A stretch of 64,000 nucleotides of DNA from an uncultured Clostridia bacterium (GTDB taxonomy: Bacteria > Bacillota > Clostridia > Oscillospirales > Acutalibacteraceae). The stretch is taken from positions 35,590 to 99,589 of the forward strand of contig CAMNKJ010000001.1 in the NCBI GenBank assembly GCA_946542105.1, read 5' to 3'. Both the position numbers and the translations under genes were made by a program. Below the pieces are notes generated by a model. The model ran no database searches. It was not told where the DNA came from and saw only the letters and a list, made by a program, of their open reading frames with translations. Shown here one piece after another: positions 8,195-16,383 of the stretch; position 1 is the first letter of the stretch, and every line of letters begins with the position of its first letter.

Positions 8195-8757
8195 ATGATA
8201 GATGAAAATGCAGGGGAGGGGTATTCCCATGCAAATCCCCTGCAACGTTTACTGTAGGGGAGGGGCTTGCTCCTCCCGAAACGCTTCCGATAAATACCAT
8301 TAAATGCGGAGCACATCAAACGCCCTGCCGTGGGTCGTCGAGGGCGCCGACCCCTACAAATCCGCTGATGCGTTTATCTGTAGGGGAGGGGCTTGCTCCT
8401 CCCGAAACGTATGTTAAGATGACATTAATATGCGGAGCAAATGCCTGCTTCCGTAGGGAGGACTATTGGTCATCCGAGAATGACGAGCGTTTCATTGATC
8501 GAAAATGTCGGATAGGGTACAAACGATCCTGCCACGCGGTACGTCGAACACGCGTGTTCAAGCGCCGTACCCTACAAAATGCACATCTCCTTTACAACCG
8601 TTGTATTGTGACCGACGCCCTGCCGCGGGAGCACCAAGGCGCTCCCCTACAAATTCGCTGTAACGTTTATCGTATTGGAGGAATGCTCCTCCCGCTGTAA
8701 TCAGGCGCGGACAGCGTCCGCCCGCAATTCCTAATTTCTAACTCCCAATTCCTAATT
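8195..8757. repeat. 563-bp array of mosaic repeat units (three copies of ACGTTTAxCTGTAGGGGAGG..CTCCTCCCG, CCCCTACAAAT words, GC hairpins, terminal AATTCCT heptads)
   Basis: The 32-nt exact repeat CTGTAGGGGAGGGGCTTGCTCCTCCCGAAACG occurs at 8252 and 8378 (period 126). A degenerate third copy lies near 8664. Confidence 0.8.
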
Positions 8758-8774
8758 AAATACAAGGTGATACC

Positions 8775-9104
8775 ATGCCGTCAAATTCACTCGAACAGGA
8801 AGCGATGGACAGGGTCAGGCGGATGTACGCGTCCTTTGACCGTCCCGCGCCGCAGCAGGAGCCTGTGAGAAAGCCCAAGCCTTCTCCTGCTGTTGATTCG
8901 TCCGATACGTCCAAGCCGACTGATTCAAAGCCGCCGCAGGAGGCTGAGCCAAAGACGCGGATGGCTGAAAAAAAGTCAAACAGTCTGCTCGATATCTTTT
9001 TGAAGGATCAGGATCAAAGCCTGATCCTTCTGCTCCTTGTCATGCTGATGAAGGACGGCGCCGACATGAATCTGATGCTGGCGCTGATGTATTTGTTGAT
9101 ATAG
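8775..9104 (+). CDS. small hypothetical protein with hydrophobic C-terminus
   Basis: AAGGTGA RBS. Pro/Ser-rich middle region. C-terminal LILLLLVMLMKDGADMNLMLALMYLLI. Confidence 0.45.
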   Translation: MPSNSLEQEAMDRVRRMYASFDRPAPQQEPVRKPKPSPAVDSSDTSKPTDSKPPQEAEPKTRMAEKKSNSLLDIFLKDQDQSLILLLLVMLMKDGADMNLMLALMYLLI

Positions 9105-9116
9105 GCACACGTGCCC

Positions 9117-9145
9117 TTGCTTTTTTGGCGGAGTTTCGATATAAT
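9117..9145 (+). promoter_or_regulatory. sigma-70-type promoter for hflX (TTGCTT-17-TATAAT)
   Basis: Hexamers and spacing read directly from the sequence. Confidence 0.4.
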
Positions 9146-9202
9146 ATCCTATTATAACGATTGCACAAAAGGATTGCAAATTTTTTTGCATTGGAGAACC
9201 CT

Positions 9203-10534
9203 ATGGAAATGACAATTACCGAAACTCAGCCTACGCGTGCGCTGTTGGTGGAGGCGGATACAGGCGATTATGACGCCGAGGCGTCGCTCGCGGAGCTGTT
9301 TGAGCTTGCCGAAAGCGCGGGCGCACAGCCTGTCGCGTCTATCACCCAAAAGCTCCGGCACATCGATCCTGCTACCTGTGTCGGCACGGGTAAGCTGGAG
9401 GAGATCAAGGACTATTGCGAAAGGGAGGACATCGACCTGATCATCTTCGATCTGGAGCTCTCCCCCGTCCAGATCCGCAACATTGAGGCGGCTACCGACG
9501 TGCGCGTCATTGACCGTACCATGCTGATTCTTGATATCTTTGCCCTGCGTGCCAGATCGCGCGAGGGCAAGATCCAGGTCGAGCTCGCCCAGCTCAAATA
9601 CATGATGCCCCGACTCACCGGAAAGGGTATCGAGATGTCGCGTCTGGGCGGCGGTATCGGTACACGCGGTCCCGGTGAAAGCAAGCTCGAGACCGACCGC
9701 CGTCATATCAAGCGCAAGATGGAGACCCTCAAGGAACAGCTCCGCGATGTGGAAGAGCACCGCAGACAGCTGCGTTCACGCCGCAGTAAAGACAACGTCA
9801 TTACGGTCGCCATTGTCGGCTACACCAACGCCGGCAAATCGACTTTGATGAACACCCTCACCGACGCCGGTGTGCTCAGCGAGGACAAGCTCTTTGCGAC
9901 CCTCGACCCGACTTCACGCGCGCTCAAGCTGCCCTGCGGCGTATCGGTCATGCTGATCGACACCGTCGGTCTGGTCAGACGACTGCCCCACCATCTGGTC
10001 GAGGCGTTCAAATCGACTTTGGAGGAAGCGGCACAGGCAGATATCATCCTCAATGTCTGTGACGCGAGCAGTGAGGAGAGCCGCCTGCATCTTGAGGTGA
10101 CCCGTGATCTGCTGGCCTCTCTGTCGAGCCTGGACAAGCCGATCATCCCCGTGCTGAACAAGTGTGACTTGTTCGATCAGGCTCCCTTTGGTAAAGGGAG
10201 CTGTCGCCGAACGGTGACTGAGGGATTGTACCGATCGACCGAGCGCAACGTGCGAGATACCGATCATCAATACGGATATTCGGGTGCGGTGCATATCTCC
10301 GCCAAGTACGGAACCGGCATCGACGAGCTGCTCACGGCGATCGAAGAGAACCTGCCCAAAAAGCTCAAGCGCGTCAAGCTCCTGCTGCCGTTTGACAAGG
10401 CAGGGATCGCCGCAAAGCTCCGCCAGACCGCGGTACTCCACAGTGAAGCATACACCGCCGAGGGTGTAGAGATCGAGGTCACGCTCGACGAGATCCAATA
10501 CGCGCGCCTGCGCGAATATGTCACGGAAAGATAG
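9203..10534 (+). CDS. hflX: GTPase HflX
   Basis: HflX N-domain, G1 GYTNAGKST, G3 DTVG, G4 NKCD. GGAGA RBS before the ATG at 9203. Confidence 0.9.
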   Translation: MEMTITETQPTRALLVEADTGDYDAEASLAELFELAESAGAQPVASITQKLRHIDPATCVGTGKLEEIKDYCEREDIDLIIFDLELSPVQIRNIEAATDVRVIDRTMLILDIFALRARSREGKIQVELAQLKYMMPRLTGKGIEMSRLGGGIGTRGPGESKLETDRRHIKRKMETLKEQLRDVEEHRRQLRSRRSKDNVITVAIVGYTNAGKSTLMNTLTDAGVLSEDKLFATLDPTSRALKLPCGVSVMLIDTVGLVRRLPHHLVEAFKSTLEEAAQADIILNVCDASSEESRLHLEVTRDLLASLSSLDKPIIPVLNKCDLFDQAPFGKGSCRRTVTEGLYRSTERNVRDTDHQYGYSGAVHISAKYGTGIDELLTAIEENLPKKLKRVKLLLPFDKAGIAAKLRQTAVLHSEAYTAEGVEIEVTLDEIQYARLREYVTER

Positions 10535-10546
10535 GGGAGGGCAGGA

Positions 10547-11023
10547 ATGAAAACAATGAAACGAATGATCGTGATCACGCTGTCGATCCTGCTGATCCTG
10601 TCGCTCTGTGCCTGCGGCAGTCAACAGGCAAAGCCTGCCTCGGGCGAGAGCCTCAGCTACGTCGGCAAGTATGTTGCCTTTGCGATGGTGCACGACGACT
10701 ATCGCGACTATCTCGTTGATCTCGGAGAGGGCAACAGCTCCGAGATCACCCTCAATGAGGACGGCACCGGCGTGATGGCGCTCAGCACCGAAAAAAACGA
10801 CGGAACGATCAAAAGATGGAAGGTCGAGGGCGGATTGATCGACATCACCGTCGGCAACCGCACCCTGTTCGGTCCCGTCGAGAACGGCAATGTTTTTCGT
10901 CTGTATTTTGAGAAAGAGGCCCTCACATTCTATTACGCCAAGGAGGGAACGGACACCTCGTCCTACAATGTCCTCTCACAGGAGGCGTTCAAGGAAACGA
11001 TCGCGGCGGCTTCGTCAAAATAA
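10547..11023 (+). CDS. lipoprotein of unknown function
   Basis: Signal peptide with lipobox LSLCAC-G. Confidence 0.6.
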   Translation: MKTMKRMIVITLSILLILSLCACGSQQAKPASGESLSYVGKYVAFAMVHDDYRDYLVDLGEGNSSEITLNEDGTGVMALSTEKNDGTIKRWKVEGGLIDITVGNRTLFGPVENGNVFRLYFEKEALTFYYAKEGTDTSSYNVLSQEAFKETIAAASSK

Positions 11024-11083
11024 ATCAAAAACCACCAAAGTAGATCAGCGGATAATTTCTCTGCTGTTTTTCCTTATTATCCC

Positions 11084-11111
11084 TTGCAAACGCGTTGATT
11101 CATGCTATAAT
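11084..11111 (+). promoter_or_regulatory. promoter TTGCAA-16-(TG)cTATAAT, followed by an approximately 110-nt structured leader
   Basis: Leader hairpins are GGCGGCATATCGCCGCC (11146-11162) and CCCTGCACACAGCAGGG (11182-11198). Confidence 0.45.
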
Positions 11112-11227
11112 AAGGTTAGCAACCGAACTTGGTTACATAATATAGGCGGCATATCGCCGCCTTTGGAAAGCAATACCACTCCCTGCACACAGCAGGGTGA
11201 TCTGTTCTAACTTTGAGGAGGGTTAGT

Positions 11228-12706
11228 ATGAAACAAACTTTCAAGCTGTTGAGTCTGGTGCTTGCGCTGGTTCTCATATTCTCCGCGATTTCGAGCGTGA
11301 GCTTCTCCGCGGCAGGATTACAGGACGCAGACGCGCCGGCAGAGGCAGCGTCCGATTCGCAAGAGCTTGCCGCGGTAGGCGCCGAGACGAATGATATCGC
11401 TTTTGAGGCGGCTACTGAGGCGGCGACCGAAGCGCCTGCTGAGGTGCCTGCCGTTGTACCGACTCAGGCTCCCACCGAAGAACCTGTGCCGACCGTCGGA
11501 AAGGTCAAGAATATCACGCGTGAAAGCTTTGACAGCGACCGCTGCCTGATGACATGGGACAAGGTGCCCGGCGCCGACGGTTATTATGTCTATTATTTGA
11601 ACGCCGACGATCACAAGAACTTCTCTAAGTTCGCCGACGTCAAGACCAATTCCTGCGACATCAAGCCGCTCAGACAGGGTACGCAGTATCACTTCAAGGT
11701 CTCCGCTTACATTAAGCACAACGGCAAGATCATCGAGGGTGAGACGACCCTGAAAAAGACCGCGACCCAGCCGGCTCAGGTCACCGGACTGACCAAGTGG
11801 CGTTCCTCCAACGTGTTGGAGATGGAATGGGATTACAACTACCGCGCCACCGGTTATCGTATCTATCGTACCGTCGGCGGTGTGGAAACGCTCTACAAGA
11901 CCATCCGCGGCAACCGCAACACCTCGTTCACGGATAAAAGCGTGACCCAGGGTCGCTTCTATAAATACCGCGTCAAGAGCTTCAGAGAGCTGTATGATAC
12001 CTCCTACAGCTCCGACGCAGACTCGATCATGTTCCGCGCCGGTCTGTGCGGACCCGATTATTTGATCACCTCACGCTTGGGCAGAGTGAATCTGACCTGG
12101 AACGCTAACCGTTACGCGACCCATTATGAGGTCTACTACTCCACCAGCCCGAACAACTCGACCTTTGTCAAGCTGTTCACCACGCCGCGCCTGTATTACA
12201 ATACGACGAAGCTCACTCCCGGCAAGACCTATTACTTCCGCGTGCGTCCGATCTATGTGGACAGCGACGGTACCGTTACCGGTACGAGCAATAAAAAGAG
12301 CGCGAAGGTGACCTCCAACGCGTACGGCGATTATGTCGGCAACACTTACATCGAGATCAGCATCGACCAGCAGCATATGTGGGCGTATAAGAACGGCAGA
12401 CAGATCGAATCCACCGAGGTCGTTACCGGAAATAAGGGCGTCAGCGATACCCCTAAGGGTTATTATAGCGTTCTGAACAAGTCCACCGATATCTATCTCA
12501 ACGGCGCAGGCTACAGCTCCTTTGTCAACTACTGGATGGCGTTCATCGGCAGCTCCTACGGTATCCATGACGCAAGCTGGCGATCCTCCTTCGGCAACCC
12601 GATCTATAAAGGCAACGGTTCCCACGGATGCGTCAACACGCCGTATAAAGCGGTGCAGAACATCTACTACAGCATCCCCACCGGTACGCCGGTCATCATC
12701 TACTGA
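11228..12706 (+). CDS. secreted L,D-transpeptidase with fibronectin-III-like repeats
   Basis: Signal peptide. Three repeats of the W..V.GA.GY.VY type. C-terminal YkuD motif HD...GNGSHGCVN. Confidence 0.8.
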   Translation: MKQTFKLLSLVLALVLIFSAISSVSFSAAGLQDADAPAEAASDSQELAAVGAETNDIAFEAATEAATEAPAEVPAVVPTQAPTEEPVPTVGKVKNITRESFDSDRCLMTWDKVPGADGYYVYYLNADDHKNFSKFADVKTNSCDIKPLRQGTQYHFKVSAYIKHNGKIIEGETTLKKTATQPAQVTGLTKWRSSNVLEMEWDYNYRATGYRIYRTVGGVETLYKTIRGNRNTSFTDKSVTQGRFYKYRVKSFRELYDTSYSSDADSIMFRAGLCGPDYLITSRLGRVNLTWNANRYATHYEVYYSTSPNNSTFVKLFTTPRLYYNTTKLTPGKTYYFRVRPIYVDSDGTVTGTSNKKSAKVTSNAYGDYVGNTYIEISIDQQHMWAYKNGRQIESTEVVTGNKGVSDTPKGYYSVLNKSTDIYLNGAGYSSFVNYWMAFIGSSYGIHDASWRSSFGNPIYKGNGSHGCVNTPYKAVQNIYYSIPTGTPVIIY

Positions 12707-12717
12707 TATGGCTTTTT

Positions 12718-12755
12718 GCAGTCCCTCGGATTTTGATCCGGGGGCTGTTTTTATG
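12718..12755 (+). terminator. rho-independent terminator
   Basis: CAGTCCCTCGGA / TCCGGGGGCTG stem followed by TTTTT. Confidence 0.6.
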
Positions 12756-12760
12756 GGGAC

Positions 12761-12990
12761 TGAAGGCTGAAAAATGAAGAATGAATAATTGTGGGAAACA
12801 CTTCGTGTTTTGATTTGTATCGCCTACTCCGGGGCAGGTACGCCTTTTTCTACTATCATGCCGGACAGCTTGTCCGGCAAATCATGCGGAACGCAAATCA
12901 TGGCGCGACACGCGTGTCAGCCAATTCATGCACGCAGTGCAAATCATTGATGATTTGTATTGATTTACCGCGTCACAAAATCGACCGATT
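12761..12990. repeat. mosaic intergenic element (heptads GAAGGCT/GAAAAAT/GAAGAAT/GAATAAT, hairpin AAACAC-TTC-GTGTTT, AAATCATG word block)
   Basis: Shares GTGGGAAAC..GTTTTG with 6864-6893 and an approximately 80-nt block with 18104-18185. Confidence 0.7.
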
Positions 12991-13097
12991 CCGCGCCTGA
13001 GTCGCCGCATTGTTCACAGTTCCTTCATTTGACTTTTAGCCCTATGTATAGTAAAATTATCCATATATTTCTTTATGAATTTCAGGAGGTGAGGCGC

Positions 13098-14813
13098 TTG
13101 AATCTACAGTCGGTTTTGGATGTTTCGGTCATCGCGCTGCGCGCGCTGCTGCCGGTCTACGCGATCATTATCATCTACCAGTGTTTTGCGTCCGCAAGGC
13201 GGCACCGCCGTCCCGAGAAGCCGCTGGTGATGTTCGAGCTGCTCCAGACGGGTCAGCAGATCCCCGTGCTGTTCTGGGAGAACTCCATCGGCAGGAGCAA
13301 GGGCTCCGACATCCGCGTGTCCGATATCAGCGTGTCGCGCGATCACTGTGTATTTCTGCGTCGTAAGGAAGGCTGGCTCGTCTCGGACATCGGCTCCAAG
13401 TTCGGTACCTTTGTCAACGGTGAGCCTGCCGAGGGTCGCACGCAGGTGAACATCAACGACGTCATCGATATCGGTCATACCTCTCTGGTGCTCAGGCGCG
13501 GTGAAGAGTATCAGGAGCGTATCCGCCCCTCATGGTTCTTCTCCAAGGCGTCGGACAAAGGATCATTAAAGCCCTATAAGCTGATGATCCTGATCACCTT
13601 CTTCCACCTGTTCATGGCGGTGGAGGCGTGCTTCTCCAACGAGGTGCAGAACTTCATTCCGCTGTATGTGTTCGGCGCGATGGAGCTCGTGATGTGGACG
13701 TTCTTCTGCATTTCGTCCTACGCGCTCAACCGCGTCAACTTTGAATTAGAGGCGCTGGCGTGTTTTATGTCCGGTATGGGCGTACTCTTGCTCGTGCGGC
13801 AGGAGGTACGGTCGTCTATCGTACAGCTTGTCGCGATGTCGATCGGCATGATCGTCTTTGCCGTGATCGTCAAATTTATCGAGGATCCCGACCGCGTTAC
13901 CAAATGGCGGCTCTGGATCATGATCGGCGCCGTGGGATTGTTGGCGATCAATCTGGTGTTCGGTCGCGTGACGAACGGCGCGGCGAACTGGATCAGCATT
14001 GGCGGCGTCAGTGTCCAGCCCTCCGAGTTCGTCAAGATCGCGTTCATCTTTGTGGGCGCTTCCGCGTTGGATCAGTTACAGACCAAGCGCAACTTCATCG
14101 AGTTCATCATCTTCTCCGCCATATGCGTCGGCGCGCTGGCGCTGATGGGCGATTTCGGTACGGCGCTGATCTTCTTCATGACCTTCCTGCTCATTGCGTT
14201 CATGCGCTCGGGCGACTTCAAAACCGTTATCTTAGCGCTTGCCGCGGCGGTGCTCGCGGTGTTCGTCGTGCTCAGCGTCAAGCCCTACGTTGCCGACCGC
14301 TTCTCGGCATGGGGCCATGTCTGGGAGCATACGCAGGACAGCGGCGGCTATCAGCAGGTGCGCGTGATGTCCTATATGGCGTCGGGCGGTCTGATCGGCG
14401 TGGGCACCGGTAACGGCTATCTCAAATACATCTTCGCGTCCGAATCCGATCTGGTGTTCGGACTGATCGCGGAGGAGCTCGGGCTGATCATCGCCTTTTC
14501 ACTGGCGTTCGCGATCATCGCGCTGGCGTTTTATTCGCGCGCGATCACGACCCGTTCGCGTTCCTCCTTCTATGCCATTTCCGCCTGCTGCGCGGCAGGC
14601 TTGATGGTCATCCAATCCGCGCTCAACATCTTCGGCATCACCGATATCCTGCCGCTGACCGGCGTCACCCTGCCGTTTTTGTCAGCGGGCGGATCGTCGA
14701 TGATCTCGTGCTGGGGATTGCTCGCCTTCATCAAGGCGGCGGATGAACGCACCTATGCCGCCAAACGCCGCATCCCCAAGAGTGTGCTCAGAGAAAGGGG
14801 TGTTGAGAGATGA
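13098..14813 (+). CDS. FHA domain fused to FtsW/RodA/SpoVE (SEDS) family protein
   Basis: AGGAGG lies 8 nt upstream of the TTG at 13098. FHA signature GRS..SDI.....VSR.H. About 9-10 TM SEDS body ending in ...LPFLSAGGSS. Confidence 0.75.
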   Translation: MNLQSVLDVSVIALRALLPVYAIIIIYQCFASARRHRRPEKPLVMFELLQTGQQIPVLFWENSIGRSKGSDIRVSDISVSRDHCVFLRRKEGWLVSDIGSKFGTFVNGEPAEGRTQVNINDVIDIGHTSLVLRRGEEYQERIRPSWFFSKASDKGSLKPYKLMILITFFHLFMAVEACFSNEVQNFIPLYVFGAMELVMWTFFCISSYALNRVNFELEALACFMSGMGVLLLVRQEVRSSIVQLVAMSIGMIVFAVIVKFIEDPDRVTKWRLWIMIGAVGLLAINLVFGRVTNGAANWISIGGVSVQPSEFVKIAFIFVGASALDQLQTKRNFIEFIIFSAICVGALALMGDFGTALIFFMTFLLIAFMRSGDFKTVILALAAAVLAVFVVLSVKPYVADRFSAWGHVWEHTQDSGGYQQVRVMSYMASGGLIGVGTGNGYLKYIFASESDLVFGLIAEELGLIIAFSLAFAIIALAFYSRAITTRSRSSFYAISACCAAGLMVIQSALNIFGITDILPLTGVTLPFLSAGGSSMISCWGLLAFIKAADERTYAAKRRIPKSVLRERGVER

Positions 14814-16189
14814 AACGAATCATGACCCGTTCTTTGATCCTGTGGTTCGTGACCTTCGCCTTTCTTGCCGGTACGATCTACCTCAGCGTGATCACCGTCA
14901 TCAATCATAACAGGTGGGTGCAGCAGCCCTTTAACGGGCACATGGCGTCTGCCGCCGATCTGGGCAACGCCGGCAAGATCACCGACCGCAACAAAGCCGT
15001 GCTGGCGCACAGTGAGGACGGCAAGCGTTATTATGCCGATGACAGCACCACGCGCGAGGCGCTGCTGCATGTGGTGGGTGACGAGAGCCTGAATATCTCC
15101 ACCGGTATCCAGAGCCGTTACCGCACCAGTCTGTCGGGCTACAACTTCATCGTCGGCGCCGGACTGCCCGAATCCCTTCGCCCCAACAGCGATATCAGCC
15201 TGACGGTCGACGCGAACGCCTGTCGCGCGGCATACGCGGCGCTGGGCAGCCACAAGGGCGCCTGCGTTGTTTACAATTATAAAACGGGCGAGGTGCTCTG
15301 CGACGTGAGCACCCCGAGCTACGATCCCGCCGATCCGCCGACCATCACCGAGGAGAATGAGAGCGAGTATGACGGCGTGTATCTCGATAACGTCGTGTCC
15401 TCGACCTTCACCCCCGGCTCAACCTTCAAGATCATCACCGCCGCCGCGGCGATCGAGAACATCCCCGATATATACAGTCAGAGCTTTACCTGTAACGGTT
15501 CGATCGACATGGACGGCAACCCGATCACCTGTGAGTCCGCCCACGGCACCCAGAGCTTTTCCGAGGCGTTCGCCAACTCCTGCAACTGCGCGTTCGCTCA
15601 GATCGCGGTGCAGGTCGGCGATGAAAAAATGAAAGCCACCGCCGAGAAGCTGGGCTTCAACAACGACAGCTATATGATGAGTGAAATTCCGATCGCCAAA
15701 AGCCATTATGACGCGACGGGCATGGGCAACAACAGCCTTGCGTGGTCGGGCATCGGACAGCAGGAGGATCTGGCGAATCCGATGCTCATGGCGATGATCG
15801 CCTCCTCAGTCGCCAACGGCGGCACTGCCGCTTCGCCCTACATCGTCAACGACGACGGCAACCTGATCAACAAGCTCAACATCACCATCAACAAGAACAA
15901 GGACGTCGGCATGCTCTCCTCCGACACCGCAGCGAAGGTCAAGGAGCTGATGCGCGGCTCCGCCGACGGCTACTCGGCACGCGGCGTCAGTATCGCCGGA
16001 CTGCCGTTCTGCGCCAAGACCGGCACCGCCGAGGTCGGTCACGATAAGGAGCCGACCGCATGGTTTGTCGGCTTCATCGACGACCCGAGCCATCCCTACG
16101 CCTTTGCCGCGGTCGTGACCGAGGGCGGCTACGGCATCACTGCCGCCACCCCCGTCGTCAGCGCGGCGGTGAGCGCTTTGGTTAGTTAG
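14810..16189 (+). CDS. class B penicillin-binding protein (PBP2/PbpA-like transpeptidase)
   Basis: Motifs STFK, SCN, KTGTAE. ATGA overlap with the SEDS gene. Confidence 0.85.
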   Translation: MKRIMTRSLILWFVTFAFLAGTIYLSVITVINHNRWVQQPFNGHMASAADLGNAGKITDRNKAVLAHSEDGKRYYADDSTTREALLHVVGDESLNISTGIQSRYRTSLSGYNFIVGAGLPESLRPNSDISLTVDANACRAAYAALGSHKGACVVYNYKTGEVLCDVSTPSYDPADPPTITEENESEYDGVYLDNVVSSTFTPGSTFKIITAAAAIENIPDIYSQSFTCNGSIDMDGNPITCESAHGTQSFSEAFANSCNCAFAQIAVQVGDEKMKATAEKLGFNNDSYMMSEIPIAKSHYDATGMGNNSLAWSGIGQQEDLANPMLMAMIASSVANGGTAASPYIVNDDGNLINKLNITINKNKDVGMLSSDTAAKVKELMRGSADGYSARGVSIAGLPFCAKTGTAEVGHDKEPTAWFVGFIDDPSHPYAFAAVVTEGGYGITAATPVVSAAVSALVS

Positions 16190-16375
16190 GAGTTAGGAGT
16201 TAGGAGTGAGGAGTTAATGGTGGACTCCGTCCACACCTGATTTACAATTAAATCGAGCATAACAAAACGCTTGCACCTCTAAAAAAGAGATGCAAGCGTA
16301 TATTTTTTCTATCTATCTGTTTGAGCGCAGCGAGTAACCGAAACTCCTCACTCCTCACTCCTAACTCCTCACTAA
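16184..16375. repeat. inverted-repeat element with heptad arms (GGAGTTA/GGAGTGA)n
   Basis: The left arm starts inside the last codons and stop codon of the PBP gene. The right arm AAACTCCTCACTCCTCACTCCTAACTCCTCAC ends 9 nt from the glnS stop. Inner hairpin is GTGGA-CTCCG-TCCAC followed by ACCTGATTTA. Confidence 0.8.
16267..16310. terminator. bidirectional terminator between PBP gene and glnS
   Basis: ACGCTTGCACCTCT-AAAAAA-AGAGATGCAAGCGT followed by ATATTTTTT. Confidence 0.65.
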
Positions 16376-16383
16376 AAGAAGTC

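Noticed and set aside
8368-8700. 110-aa ORF inside the 8.2-8.7 kb repeat array.
   Set aside because: It is composed entirely of the repeat modules (GEGLAPPET is the translated CTGTAGGGGAGG... word). It has no RBS and its start is non-canonical.
8195-8757. Possible CRISPR array.
   Set aside because: The repeats are only 2-3 in number with irregular spacing. The 'spacers' share modules with other intergenic regions. No cas genes are present in the window.
11112-11227. Riboswitch in the 110-nt leader of the L,D-transpeptidase gene.
   Set aside because: Two simple hairpins are present, but I can recognise no conserved aptamer motifs (ydaO, c-di-GMP, glycine, etc.). It may simply be a structured leader.
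12960-13097. Upstream extension of the FHA-SEDS ORF (and of ORFs at 27944, 36659, 44154, 45621, 9161, 31334).
   Set aside because: In each case a strong Shine-Dalgarno sequence precedes an internal start that gives a canonical N-terminus (signal peptide or conserved motif). The extensions run through repeat or promoter DNA.
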